Shown here piece after piece: positions 11,023-23,918 of a stretch of 64,000 nt of DNA. Source of the DNA: Cyanophora paradoxa CCMP329. Lineage: Eukaryota; Plantae; Glaucophyta. The translations under genes were made by a program, and so were the position numbers. The DNA lies in the NCBI GenBank assembly GCA_004431415.1, contig QPMI01000582.1:62001-126000 (forward strand), in the 5' to 3' direction. Below the pieces are notes generated by a model. It made no database searches and was not told the origin of the DNA. It saw nothing but the letters and a program-made list of their open reading frames with translations. Within the stretch, counting starts at the first letter, position 1; the number at the start of each line of letters is the position of its first letter.

Positions 11023-12442
11023 CTATAGGTCGCAGGTCCGTTTCTCCATGGAGAAATGTAGGTCGAGGAGGAATAAAAACCGGTATGGTGCCGAGCCATT
11101 CGTGATCGGCAGGAAGAGGACGTGCCGGACGTCCAGCAGGACACCTTGAATTGTGCCTGGAGCGAAGCGGGTACTATCTGTGAAATTCTCGTCGAGAGGA
11201 AGCGCTTCACGTCCAGATGCATGTACTATGCACATGGACAAGGTATGAAGTGTAGCACGCACAGTTCGACTGCCAATTGTGAATTGTGAACCGACATGTG
11301 GCCAGTTACGTTGGATAATAAGTGATGCACCGGGGCTGTGACAGCGGGCTGGCCAGGTGGATATTCTTTACGAGGTGCTAGGAGTTCGGACGGTAATTGC
11401 CACGGAATAGACGATTGCAATGCTGAAGTTGTTGTCACCGTCGGTTTACACATGTGCACATGTACGTCGACGACTGTGAACGTCGTTATTGACGTTCGTT
11501 GAAGGTGCCAGACTGCCGCAAAAGGCGCCCCATGGACGGCTGCAAGCGCCATTACAGTTGCACCTCCTGCTAGTCCGGTTACCGTTGCACAGTGCGAGTA
11601 ACGCAAATGAGACGGTATGTTGAGGAGTTCGAGAGTCTGCGTTATCGTGCCGGCTGATATTACAGATGGAAGCACGTGACGGAGTTTCTGCAGCGAAATC
11701 GCTGTTGACGCGCCTGATTTTCTGTGAGTGATGCGTATGCAATGACAATTATAGGCAGGCAAGACGAAACTGACCTTCATGTGATGGTGACGCTTTAAGT
11801 ATACGATGAAAGCAGAGCACGTCGGACGCAATGTAATAACCGTTTTTCAGCGGTGCTAGCACGAGAGACTGCGTGAATAATCGTGCCGTTGCAGCTGATT
11901 GTCCCATCCAGCCGGTAACGGTTACATTGATGCTGTGCGCGCGTCCCTCATGTGCTGTCACCGCTGCGACACGCGCCCACGCACGATCCAAGCGCAATCG
12001 AGCGATACGTTTCTCAATTGCCTGCAAGACATGATGTTTGACTTCCGAAACGAATGAGTTCTATCTGAAAAGGATGACCTGAATTCCGATAGCGTATGCG
12101 CTCCGATGGATCGTTCATCATTGATCCACATGTGGACACTGGCGTCGCGGTAACACCTATATAATTGATGCGGTTGAGAGAGCAGAAGTTGATAGTACTG
12201 CTTCACAAATGCTGATGCTGTGCTATCAATTGATTTATGCGTCGCGAGTGCAGATCTGGACAAATGAGAAATGGGCTTGATTCTGCGCCCTCATGGGCTG
12301 TTGGAATTTCGAGTGCAAGCTCGACATTGAGTTCAGGTCCGCAGAGATCCACTGCAGTGGAGTTCCATTTCCATTCGCGGCACACAACATTGCCGACTAT
12401 TCCCGGGACGTGGTATCGGCAGGCTGCGTGGAAGGTGAGCAC
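11023..12442 (-). CDS. Helitron cargo gene with NTF2-like domain (copy 2)
   Basis: Near-identical to copy 1 but with -1 homopolymer indels near 11332, 12108 and 12273. The copy-1 reading frame projects onto a stop at 11023, just upstream of the Rep gene. Confidence 0.7.
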
Positions 12443-15400
12443 ATGTCTATGAATCTATGATGACCTGCGTTACGCTTACAGGTTCACGCAAAGCTCGTGA
12501 CTGTGCCGCCTGGCTTACATGTCGTACTGGCATTGCCTCTGAGTCACTGGCATGTTCGCGATTGACTGTTTCGAGAATTATCTCAATGACGGGGTGCAAA
12601 TTTGAAAAATATTTTTGTACCTGCTCTCTTTGCTCTGCTGCGCTGCACACGGGCAGCATTTGATGTAACAGATGTAGGGATGCGGGCAGCAACGTTGACT
12701 TTGATGGTTGTTCGCGTTCTAAAACCGAGTTAAGAGTATAGAGTTATGCAATTAACTTACATAATATGTATACCCTTTTCTGTTGCAGGAACCCTCGGAA
12801 TTGTCATGTCTTCACGCGTAGATCGATTTTCAATGTCTACATTTTCTCGATCAATGTGAACACGCGGTGGTGATAGAGTGCGTGCACGACGTCTGCGTGC
12901 CATCAAATCTGCGTCATGTTCCGATGGTTCTTCTGCATTGGGCTCCGGTCTGCGATCATCTCTGACTGGCTCCGTGATGGCCATGGGATGGGCACGGTTC
13001 GACACATGCGCTTGTAAATTTTCAGTAATTTGTGCTCGTGGTTATTTAGAAGGAATTTCAATGCGCACTTGCAGAGGTGGGAATTATGACCATATAGACG
13101 AAGAGACAGAGCAACAATATTCCGACTGCAGCCGGTAATGTCCAGTGAGGTGCTGGGTCTGGATATGCTCAACATACGGCGCATCCGCAGGGAGGGCAAA
13201 TGCAAGATTTTTCTGATTCCCTGACAGCGTCAATGTAATCCATATGCCAGTAATGGATGGAGAAAATAACAGAGCTGCTGTACACCGCACTGGAAATTGT
13301 GACAACGACGCAAGATTCGTTATTTACAATCGCGTTGTTAGACTGCAGATATATGCGTACATATTGACATCCGCGATCGCATTTGTTTAATCCATGTGCA
13401 GTATCGTTCATGACGACGGGCGTTTATAATTACGGCACGCAATTCTGGGAGTAAATACGTCTCAGACAGCGTTTATGAATGTCCGTATTACCGCTTTTAT
13501 ATTCTTACCTCGATAAAGACGGTTTCTTTTTGCGGACGTGGACGAATACATGTCGAGTAAAAGTGTCAATGCAAGTCCCAAATCTGCGTCTGTCGCCACG
13601 GAAATAGTGCCGGTGTCTGATAAGACAAACGAATCGGTTTTCTTGAGATGCCATTGGCAGTATCGCTTGAACAGCATGATACCAATTCCTGCACTGACGT
13701 CTGTAACGTAATCATGTTCATAAATGCGAGATTAAATGCCTGATATAATTGTTGTGCAGGTGATAATGAACGGAGAGTTGCATATAATCGAGACGTGAAT
13801 TATGGTTGTTATTGCGGTTGCATATACTGGAATTCCCGATAGTTGTCCGTTTCCATCATCGTGCGGGAATTTGTGGAAGTGAAAATGAGAAGCGATGTAT
13901 TCTTCGCAGTTCTCTTTTTTTTTCAAAGCTATGCCAACTGCCTCTGTTGCAAATATGTTATTGTATTCGAGTTCAAGACTGCCAATATCAGTCGCTAAAT
14001 CCGCGTACCAAGAACTGCAAATATCAGAATAACCAGTTCGGTACCGTACAGAAATTGTAGAGATGGAGTGCCCATTAAGTTCATGTCTGTGATCGACTGG
14101 GTTCAAAAACCGTATTGCGAGTAATGTATGCGGGTTTATTATAATTATACGGCACTTTCTACCATGCCGTGCAGCATCAATACCCGCGAGGCTCACCTTT
14201 TAGCACGTTCAATCCACTCGCGGATGACGACAGGGAGAGAGGAATTGCTGATGCGGCGCATGAAGTCTCCGATGCGCGTGGTCCGAGCCGCACGACAGCC
14301 GCTGCAGCTGCGGCAGTTGCATTTAACGCCCAGCATGTGATGCATTTCGAGCCAGGTTGATCGCCTGCTCGCATGCGGCGCGGCGTGGGCGCGCGGAAAG
14401 ATGTCCGGGTCGGTACAGGAGCGGGTTTATTATAATTATACGGCACTTTCTACCATGCCGTGCAGCATCAATACCCGCGAGGCTGACCTTTTAGCACGTT
14501 CGATCGACTCGCGGATGACGACAGGGAGAGAGGAATTGCTGATGCGGCGCATGAAGTCTCCGATGGGCCTCGTCGGAGCCCCACGACAGCCGCTGCGGCA
14601 GTTGGATTTAACGCCCAGCATGTGACGCATTTCGAGCCAGGTTTATCGCCTGCTGCAGTCGCGGACGAGGACACGCAGGGGAGACGGGCGGTGCGGTGCT
14701 TGTATCTGCTGTCGGTGGTGTTCGGCGAGGTGGCAGGCACGGCCCGCATCTTAAATAGCAGCAATCCTCACCTTCTAGCAGACTCCATGCACGGGCAGAG
14801 CGCGACAGTGAGCATGAGACGGGGCAGTGGTGCACGTCTGTTGCGGCGCTGGCATGTCGTTCCGGCGTACTTGCTGCGGCGCCACCTGCAGCCACGGATG
14901 ACGAGAGGCAGCACGGCATGTCGGTGGCGGCGCTTGCATCTGTTCACAGCGTATACGTAGTTGGGCGACGCGGAGCCTCGGAGACAGCGGGCGTGCAGGG
15001 CCAATAGCAGGGCGGGGATGCTAACCTTCTAGCAGACTCCACGCAATACCGGACGACAATGATATCGCCCGGAACTGCTGTACAATCACGAAGAAGATGC
15101 ATTTCAAGATGTTTCGCTGGCGTGCACGTTTACGACGCCAGCGGACGCGCGCAATCGGCGCATAGAGTCCCGGCTTCTTGATTATACGCATAGGGTTGTG
15201 TCCACGAAAAGTTCCACACGTTCGCGTACTGTAATTGCAATTCTGCACACGGTATGGATGTGAACGCGTACATATATATGTATATATGTACGTATACGTA
15301 CGGATGTCAACGCTTACGTATATGTACGTATACGTATTCGCGAATACGCGCTGTAGATCTAGCGCTAGCTAGCCGGACTTGACAGTGCCGGGTTCAGATT

Positions 15401-18369
15401 CGCGCTAGACAGCGTTATAGTCACAGTGTGCGCTCTATAACTTTTGACCGCGGTCTAGCGCTACCTACTAGGCTAGCCGGACTTGACAGTACCAGGTTCA
15501 GATTCGCGCTAGAGAGCGCTATAGTACAGCGCCAGACTGCGCATGCGCCGCTAGTACGGATTGCACGCGTACACTACGCCGGACTGTATATATGTACTGA
15601 CTCGAACTGGCACTGTCACAGTAGGCGCTCTATAACTACGTATAATGGCTGCCCGGCCGGCTCGCTATAGCTATAGCTCCCTTGCAGGACTACAGCATTG
15701 CGGTATAGCTACTATTAGCTAGCCTCTGAGCACTGCCTAGCACAGCGCGTACACTACGCCGGACTGTATATACGTACTGACTCGAACTGGCAATGTCACA
15801 GCTAGTAAGCGCTCTATAACTACGTATACTGGCTGGCCGGCCGGCTCGCTATAGCTATTGCCGCAGTGCTCTCTTGCAGAACTACAGCATTGGAGATTGC
15901 GGTATAGCTATACCTAGCCTCTGAGCACTGGCAGAGGGGCACAGGCGGCACAGCTAGCTATAGTAGTAGACTGATAGTTGGCCCGGTTGGCAGTGCGGCG
16001 GCCTGGTTCACGTTTGTAGCTGCTTCGCACTAGTATACGTACTGTCTCATCAGTCTGTCTGAGCGCTACTACTAGGCTAGGCTATTCTCGGAGCTTGGCC
16101 GGCCGGTCCACTCGCGAATCGCGATCGGTGCATTGGCATAACCAATGGATTGCTCAATGGCGATGTTTCGGTTCTGCTCGATCTTTTTTTCATTCAAGAT
16201 TTGACGACTCAGTGACAAGATCTTGAAGGCTTCTGTTAATCGCAAGATCTTCAAGGCTTCTGTTAATCACAACTAAATCCGTCATCGAATCGTCAATGGC
16301 GCGAGATCGGTGAGATCTTTTTTTAATTCAAGATCTTGACAGATCTTGCCAATGTGTTCGCGAAATTGTTTTTTGTATTCAGGATCTTGGCAAATCTGAG
16401 GAAGGGCGCCGGGCTGCTGAGACGGGATATAAGTATAATTATATACTCGAAGATCGACCTGGGGCAGATCTAATTAATAATTATCTGGCAGTGCAGATCT
16501 CGAGGGCGCGCCGACAGACGTGCGCCGCGGTGCGCGTCCGTGAAGGATCGAATTTTCGGGGTCACCTGGATTGTTGCGCCCTGTCGCGTCGTCGGAGGTC
16601 TCGATCGAGAACTGAGGAAGGGCGCCGGGCTGCTGAGACGGGATATAACTATAATTATATACTCGAAGATCGACCTGGGGCAGATCTAATTAACAATTAT
16701 CTGGCAGTGCAGATGTCGAGGGCGCGCCGAAAGACGTGCGCCGCGGTGCGCGTCCGTGAAGGATCGAATTTTCGGGGTCACCTGGATTCTTGCGCCCTGT
16801 CGCGTCGTCGGAGGTCTCGATCGAGAACTGAGGAAGGGCGCCGGGCTGCTGAGACGGGATATAACTATAATTATATACTCGAAGATCGATCTGGGGAAGA
16901 TCTAATTAATAATTATCTGGCAGTGCAGATCTCGAGGGCGCGCGGAAAGACGTGCGCGTCCGTGAAGGATCGAATTTTGAGGAGTTTATTTTTATAATAT
17001 TGTTGGGAAGGAGGCCCGGGAGGGGCGAGGTTCTCGCGGCCAGGCGCATGCACAGAGAATCGCTTAAACAGAATCTCGAATGCATATAGCATCGATGTGC
17101 GGGACTGCGGACGCGAGGGCGCGCGGAAAGGTCTGCAGGTCTGTAGAGGATAGAAGTTTCGGGGTCGGCTGGGTCCTCGCGGCCCGGCGCAGCTATTAAG
17201 CGTGCGGAAGGCTTCTTCTACATCTCAAATGCTTATGCTATTGTTCCGCGCATGCGCCGCGGCGTGGGCGCGCGGAAAGATGTCCGGGCCTGTGCAGGAT
17301 CGAATGTTTGCGTCGGCTGGGATCTCGTGCTCTTGCGCGTCTTCAAAGCTTGCGCAAGGCTTTAATAAATTCTGAAATGAATATTGTAGCGATGCGCACG
17401 CGTGAGGATGCGAGGGCGCGCGGAAAGATGTTCAGGTCTGTAGAGGATCGAATTTTCGGGGTGGGCTGGGTCCTCGCGGCCCGGCGCAGCTATAAAGCGT
17501 GCGGAAGGCTTCTTCTACATCTCAAATGCTTATGCTATTGTTCCGCGCATGCGCCGCGGCGTGGGCGCGTGGAAAGATGTCCGGGCCTGTGCAGGATCGA
17601 GACTTTGCTATCGGCTGGATTCTCGTGCTCTTCCGCGTCTTCAAAGCTTGTTGAAGGCTTTAAAAAAAATCTCAAATGAATATAGTAGGGATGCGCACTC
17701 GTGAGGATGCGAGGGCGCGCGGAAAGATGTCCAGGTCCGTCAAGGATCGAATTTTCGGGGTCGGCTGGGTCCTCGCGGCCCGGCGCATCTGCAATGCGTG
17801 CGGAAGGCTTCTTCTACATCTCAAATGCTTATGCTATTGTTCCGCGCATGCGCGGCGGCGTTGGCGCGCGGAAAGATGTCTGGGGCTGTGCAGGATCGAA
17901 TTTTTGATGTCCGGTACCTTCCTGCGCTGCTCCGGGTTCGAAAAGCGGATTTCGGGAGTGCGCAGGCCCTGCTATGTCCATGCGCGCTCGTACGCATCGT
18001 TTGTGCGCTTCGCGGGACCGGCCGGAACCGGCCGGATCAAATTTTCGGGCGACTCTTCGCACTGGAGCGTCGAGGGCGCCCGAAATCGAGCCTGCGGCGA
18101 TGCGCTCGCGTTTGCGCGTCATTCTGTATCGTTCTGGGGCGTCCCTGGCGCGATTTCGTCGCGGGACCGGGCGGGACCGGGTCCCACCTTCTGACTCGGA
18201 CTGTGTTTGTCGGAGGTTAAGTACCGGAATTGATCCAGAGGGAAATTCGATGTTCGCGCGACGTCCACGGGGGAGCGGTCGTCTTAGGGGAGCCAGGACG
18301 CTAAAAATGGATCTAGAGGGGTCTGTGGGGGTTCGGGCAGCTGTGTAATGTCCATCAATCGCGTCCGTG

Positions 18370-18398
18370 TCGAGGCAGAATTAATAATTCTGCCTCGA
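18370..18398. other. Perfect 29-bp palindrome at the outer end of the Helitron array
   Basis: TCGAGGCAGAATTA-A-TAATTCTGCCTCGA. Only the left arm plus 3 nt is present at the internal junction (7135-7151). Confidence 0.85.
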
Positions 18399-18833
18399 GG
18401 GAGTGCGATACGGAAATTATTTAGTAGGGGAGATCTCGAGTTGAAAAAAAGGTTAAAAAAGGAATTTCGCTCGGCGGTTTTTGGGTTTGAGAAAGAGGCT
18501 TCGCCTGAAAGAGGCTTCGCCTGATGCATGCGCATGTGCAACCGGTTGAACCGGCCCGGATCCGGATCCGGATGATGGGAACGGATCCCGGAGGTTGCCG
18601 TTGCATGCGCATGTGTGTTCAGTAATGAAGGCATGTACCCCCTAGGCTCCGACTGCCGCGAAGCGAAATTCAAATTCCATTCGCAGGGGCCCAGGCCCCT
18701 GGCACCCCCGGCCCCGGGCCCCGGGGCCCTGCTGAGGGCCGCCTGGGCCGGGGCCGATCCAGGTCCATTCCAGGATCATCCAGCCTGATGAGTGGCAGCC
18801 TCAAGCTTATATATATATGATCAGCGCTATAGC

Positions 18834-19257
18834 TAGGGGCGCTGATCGAACAAAATCGCCGTGTTCAGTGTTTGTTCGTTCAGAAGCCCCCGTGTTCATT
18901 GTTCAGTGAACGCTGTTCGAACTGCGAGCTCCTCGCTTCCCCCCCCCATCCCGGGAGTCCCGCCCCCGAGAGCTTCTCGCGCTTCGCGCGATAAAAGGAA
19001 AAGCCATAGAAGTTGCTAAAACGAATTAATAAGAGCGGATTCAGAGGGCGAAATACCTCTTTCCGACGGTTTCTGACGGTTTCCGTGCCGAAACTTGCCC
19101 GAAAGTGGCCCGAAACTGGGGCCCGGGGGCCCCCCTGCCGATGAAGTCGGTGTTCATGAACAGCGGTTTCTTTGTTCACGTTCGTTCAGTTCAGCAAAAA
19201 GGCTGTTCGTTAACGTTCACGTTCATTCGAACAGTGTTCGTTCAAAGAGCGCCCCTA
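18834..19257. mobile_element. 424-bp non-autonomous hAT-type MITE
   Basis: TIRs TAGGGGCGCT / AGCGCCCCTA; 8-bp TSD GCTATAGC at 18826-18833 and 19258-19265; many subterminal GTTC/GAAC motifs; no convincing ORF. Confidence 0.85.
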
Positions 19258-19469
19258 GCTATAGCCAGCTGCATGCAGGCGGTCCGCGGCGACTCCGCGC
19301 GCGCGGCCGCGCGCGCGGTATTAAACGTACTGCGGTACTACAGTACGGTGCTACCAGTCCTCGAAGCCGCCAGCGCCGGCGCCGCCCGAGCTCGTGCTCG
19401 CCTCGCGATCGCGATCCGAGGCGCGGGCGCTCGGAGGCCGCGGGTTCAGCTTGCTGCCGAGTGCGGGGT

Positions 19470-22400
19470 TCAGAGAGGGCGGGGCGGGGCGGGGCGTGGC
19501 GGGGCGGGCCTGTCGGGGAAGCGGGTGGCGGAGAGCTGGGCGCGGACGTCGAGGGCCATGCTGTGCCGCCCCGCGCGCCACAGGCCCTGCACGATCGCCT
19601 GCGCCGCCCCCGGGACCCCCTCGGGACCGCGCGGGGCGCCGGGCGGGGCGGCGGGGGCTGGGCGGGCGGGCGGGGGCGGGGCGGACGTTGAGGGCGTTGG
19701 AGCCGACGGGGATGCCGCGATCCGCCGACATGCGCGCCACTGCCCCGCACCCGCCATCGCACGCCGGCGGGGGGAGCGGTCGGGCGGGGGCGGGGGGCAC
19801 CGAAGAGGGCCTCGTGGGGGCTGTCGAGGCCGAGGGCCGCGGGGCCGCGAGCAGCAGCGCCGAGTCGTCCACCAGCACCTGCCGGCGCGCCCCTCGCTCA
19901 AGATCCTCGAGGCTCCAAGCGGCGGGGCGCGGGGCGAGCGGGGGCGGGGCGGGGGCGGCGGGCCTTGACGCAGGCCGAGTCGCGGAGGCGGTCGGACTCG
20001 GAGCGGGAGCGGCCGCTCGAGGTGACGGGGCGCGGGTCCTCCGCCGCGCCCCGCCGGCCCCGCTCCGCCTCGTCCGCGTGCTCCAGCACCGTCTCCACCC
20101 GCCGCACAATCGCCGCCGCCTCCTGCAGCCCGCACCCGCCGCCGCCGCTCAGCGCGCGCTGCATGGACGGCTCGCCGGCCGGCGGGGCGCACGCGGGACT
20201 CGCGCAGGCGGGCGAGGGCGAGGGCGGCAGCGGCGAGGACGGGCGGGAAGGCCGGCACGTGCAACTTGCCGTGCTGCGGGGCGGGGTGAGCTGGGCGGGG
20301 CGGGCGGGGCGGGCGGGGCGGGCCTCGACAACGCGGGCGACCTGGGCGGAGTAGAGGGTCGGGTCCTTCGGCCGCGCGTACGCCGCCGCCCGCCCCAGCA
20401 GCATGTAGCTGCCCCCCCTCTCAGCACGCCGGCCCCGCGCGGCGCGGCGCGGGGCCGGGCGGGGTACGGGCGCGCTTCTGGTTGTACTGCAGCTCCCGAG
20501 TCTGCTCGGTGCGCGCCATGATCTGCGCGGCGCCGGCAAGGCAAAGGAAGGGGGCTGTTCGTGAGCGGGGGAGGAAGGTGGACGGCGCAGCGATGCGGGG
20601 GCGGGGTCCCTGCGAACGCACGCGCTCGGCAGCGGCCTGGAAGGCCTCGAAGGAGGCGGCGAGGCGGGCCGCCTGCGCGCCGTCGCGGGCGGCGGGGCGG
20701 CGGGGCGGGGCGGGGCGGGGCGGGGCGGGCGGGCGGGCCTCGGTGAGGTCGGCGACGGAGGCGAAGGCGGGGCGCCCCTCGTCGTGCGCCAGGTGCCGCC
20801 CCCCTCCTCCCCCACGTGCTGCCCCGCCCGCCCCTCACACCCGCCCCCAAGGCCCCCGCCGGCCCCGGCCCCGGCGCACGATGGCGTCCTCGAAGCGCCC
20901 CGCGAGGAGGTAGTGCACGATGGCGCGCGTCACGATCGGCGCCACGGGCACCGTCCGCGCCGCCAGCGCGCTCGTCATCTGCACGAGCTGCGCCGCGCGC
21001 CTGCGGGTCGGCCGCGGCGCGGGGCCGGCGAGGGGCGCGCTGCGCACGAAGGCGGCCGAGTCCTTCCAGTGGCGGAAGCCGGCGAGCTGCGCGACGCGCC
21101 CGGCCTGCGCGGCACGCGCGCGCCCGTCGGCGAGGGGGCGACGCGGTGGCGAGCGGGCGGGAGGGGCGAGGGGGCGGGGGCGGACGAGGTCGGCCCACTC
21201 GTCCTGGAAGGGCTTGAGGGCGAGTCCGGCGGCGAAGAGGAGCAGGCGCCGCCCGCGCGCCTCCAGGGCGGCGCGCTCGGCGGGGGCCATCGAGCTCCAC
21301 GCGCGCTCCGCCCGGCGCTGGTCGGCGGCGTCCATGTCGAGGGCGGCGCGGGGCGCCCGCCGGGGCGCCTCGAGCACGTCGTGCTCGTGCGCCGCCGCCA
21401 GCAGCAGGAACCCGTACTGGCCCCGCCCCGCCCCGCTCGAGCGGTGGCGCGGGGCCGGCGCCGAGGGGCGGCGCACCGAGGAGGCGGCGAGCATGTAGCC
21501 GTGCCGCAGGTCCGCGCTCCCGACGCGCACCGTCGTCGCCACCTGCGGCGCGGCGAGTCGTGCGGCGCGGGGCGGGGCGGGGCGGGGGCGGGCGGACGCG
21601 GGCGCCGGCCTCGGCGGGGGGCACGGGGTGCCCGTCGGGGCCTCGGAGGGCGGCGTCGACGGCGGCGGCGGCGGCCTCGAGCTCGGGGAAGGCGTCGCGG
21701 ACAAAGGCCTCGCAGGCAGCGAGGTCCCGCGACCGCGCCAGGCACTGCACCGTCACGAACCGCGCGATCACCGCCAGGCCGGCGTCCGCCGCCTCCGCCG
21801 CCTCCACCACGAGGCGCATCCCGGCGGCGAGCCCCGCGGGGCCACGCCGGCGAGGCGCAGCTCCTGCAGGGCGCCGCCGAGGTACGCGACGAGCACGGCC
21901 TTCGACTGCGCCCCGCCCGCTCGCCCCGGGGCCAGGGCGCGGGGCACGCCGGCGCATCGCTCGCACGTTGTGCCCGCGGGCCCGCACGGCCGGCGCCGTC
22001 GGGGGCTCGAAGGTGCAGATCTGGCCCCGGGGAGTCGGGGGCGGTCGGGGCGGGCAGGGGCGGGGGGGGGGGGGGGGGGGGGCCGGCTGACCTTGTGGAA
22101 GCGCGCGAAGTTCTCGGCGGGGTCGACGAGCCCCTCCGCCACGCCCCCCGCCACCGCCCCCGCCCGCACCAGCGCCCCCCGCACCCCCGCTTGCATCTGC
22201 CCCGCCCGCCCCTCAGCCAGCCGGTCGCCGAGGGGCGCCGGCGGGGCGGGCAGGGCGGGGCGGCAGGGCGCGCGTAGCAGTGGGCGCGCTCGGCGTTGAG
22301 GTCGTAGCCGCCGTCGCGGCGCGGGTTCTCGTCGCGGCCGCGCCGCAGCGCCGCCTCGGCGGCGTCGACCTCGCCGCGCAGCGCGTGGCCGGCGGCGACC

Positions 22401-23750
22401 TTGCGCCAGTACGCGATGGGGAGGACGCCGCCCTGCGCCAGCGCCTGCGACTCCGCGTGCAGCGCCCTACCCCGCCCCGCGCCGCCCCGCCTCGGCCGCA
22501 CGAACGCGCCGGGCCGGCTCCGCCGGTCGCGCACCGCCAGCGGGGGTCGTTCCTGTCGCAGTAGTAGAAGACGAGCGGCGCGAGAAGCCAGGAGCTGCGG
22601 GGCGCTCAGGCGGGGCGGCGGGGGCGTGGCGGAGGCGGGGCGGGCCTGCGGGGGACGCCGACGCGGGGGGCGAGATCGACGAGGGCCTCGAGGACGTCGC
22701 TCGTCGCCGAGCGGCCGGCCGCCACCTCCCGCAGCGCCCCGTTGTACGAGCGCGTGACTGCCGCCCCGCCTCGGCCGGCCCCCGAGCGAGGGGAGAGGAG
22801 GGAGGAGGGACCGGGGCGGCGGCGGCAGCGGGCGGGGCGCACATGTCTCGGGGTCGTTCTGGTTGGTCTTCGCGGCGATCTCCGCCAGCAGCTTCTCCAC
22901 CTCGCCCGTCTCCCGCGGGTTCATCTGGCCCCGCGTCGGCCCCCGCCGCGGCCGCGGAGGCGGGGCGGGGGCGGGCGGGGCGGCGGCACCACTTGGGCGA
23001 TCGCGGCGATCTTCTGGGCAGCGTGCTCCATCGTGTAGTACGTGTACCCTGCCCCGACCCCGCCTCGGGGGACGCGGCGGCGGCGGGGCGCGGGGCGTCG
23101 CGCACCCTCCTCCTTGTTCCTGCGCGAGCGGAGCGGATCCTCGCCTCTCCTCTGACGCCCGGACTTGCGCATCGCGTCGCTGGCGGAATCCTGCACGCGC
23201 GTCGCCCGGCGCAGCGCCGGGGGGCAAGGGCGCCGGCGGCGGGGCGGGGGCGGCGCGCCTCGATGGCCTCCAGGACCTTGTCCTTGCCCTGATCCCTCTC
23301 CCTGCGCCAATGATCGCGTCCCCTCCGGCGCTCGCCGCGCATGGGCCAGTCCCCGCGCTGCCGATCGCCTTCTCTCCGGGGCTCACGGGCCGCGTCCAGC
23401 TCGACAGGCGCCGACGAAACGTCCGCGTCGTCTGATCGCTGCTCACGAAACGCGCTCGCACCTGCGCGGGCCGCAGAAGCAGTGAGCCGACAGCGGTGGC
23501 GCTACCGGCGGGGCGAGCGCACCGAACGCGCGGCGCCGCACGTCGCTGAGAGCCGTATCTGTGGGTTGCAACGTGCCGAGGGCGGCCGCTACCAGCCATC
23601 GAGGCGAGCGGGCCGACAACGTCAAGCGTACTGCGGGGATCCGCGCTGGGCGGCGGACCGTCAAGATTCGCCCGGGGACGATCCGATTGACTGCAAGAAC
23701 GTCGCACCGGCCGGCCCTCGCCTCAGGGCCCTCTGCAGCGCGCCGAGCAT
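19470..23750 (-). CDS. Multi-exon alpha-helical (degenerate PPR-like) protein, possibly organelle-targeted
   Basis: AAAA-ATG MLGALQRALRRG at 23750. Exon segments RKVAAGHALRGEVDAAEAALRR, RAIVHYLLAGRFEDAIV and AIVQGLWRAGRHSMALDVRAQL. Sense-strand C-rich introns. Exact model unresolved. Confidence 0.55.
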
Positions 23751-23918
23751 TTTTCAGGGGTACGACAGCGTACGAGCGGAAAGCCTTTTCGAGGCATGTC
23801 AGCCGCTGGCGCGCTTCTCGGACATCGCATAGCATCATCTTTGTCTGCGCCGACGGAGAGTCTCGCTTCCCGGCGGTGGCGCGTCGCTTCTTGGTCGGCC
23901 GGCGCGGCGCCTCGGACG

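Larger units (their letters stand above)
1..18386 (-). mobile_element. Tandem array of a Helitron2/Helentron-like rolling-circle element: full unit 7152-18386 plus partial unit 1-7151 continuing off the left edge
   Basis: 1-7151 recurs at 11241-18386, differing mostly by 1-nt homopolymer indels. The unit encodes a Helitron-type HUH-Y2 Rep and is lower in GC than the host genes. Confidence 0.88.
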
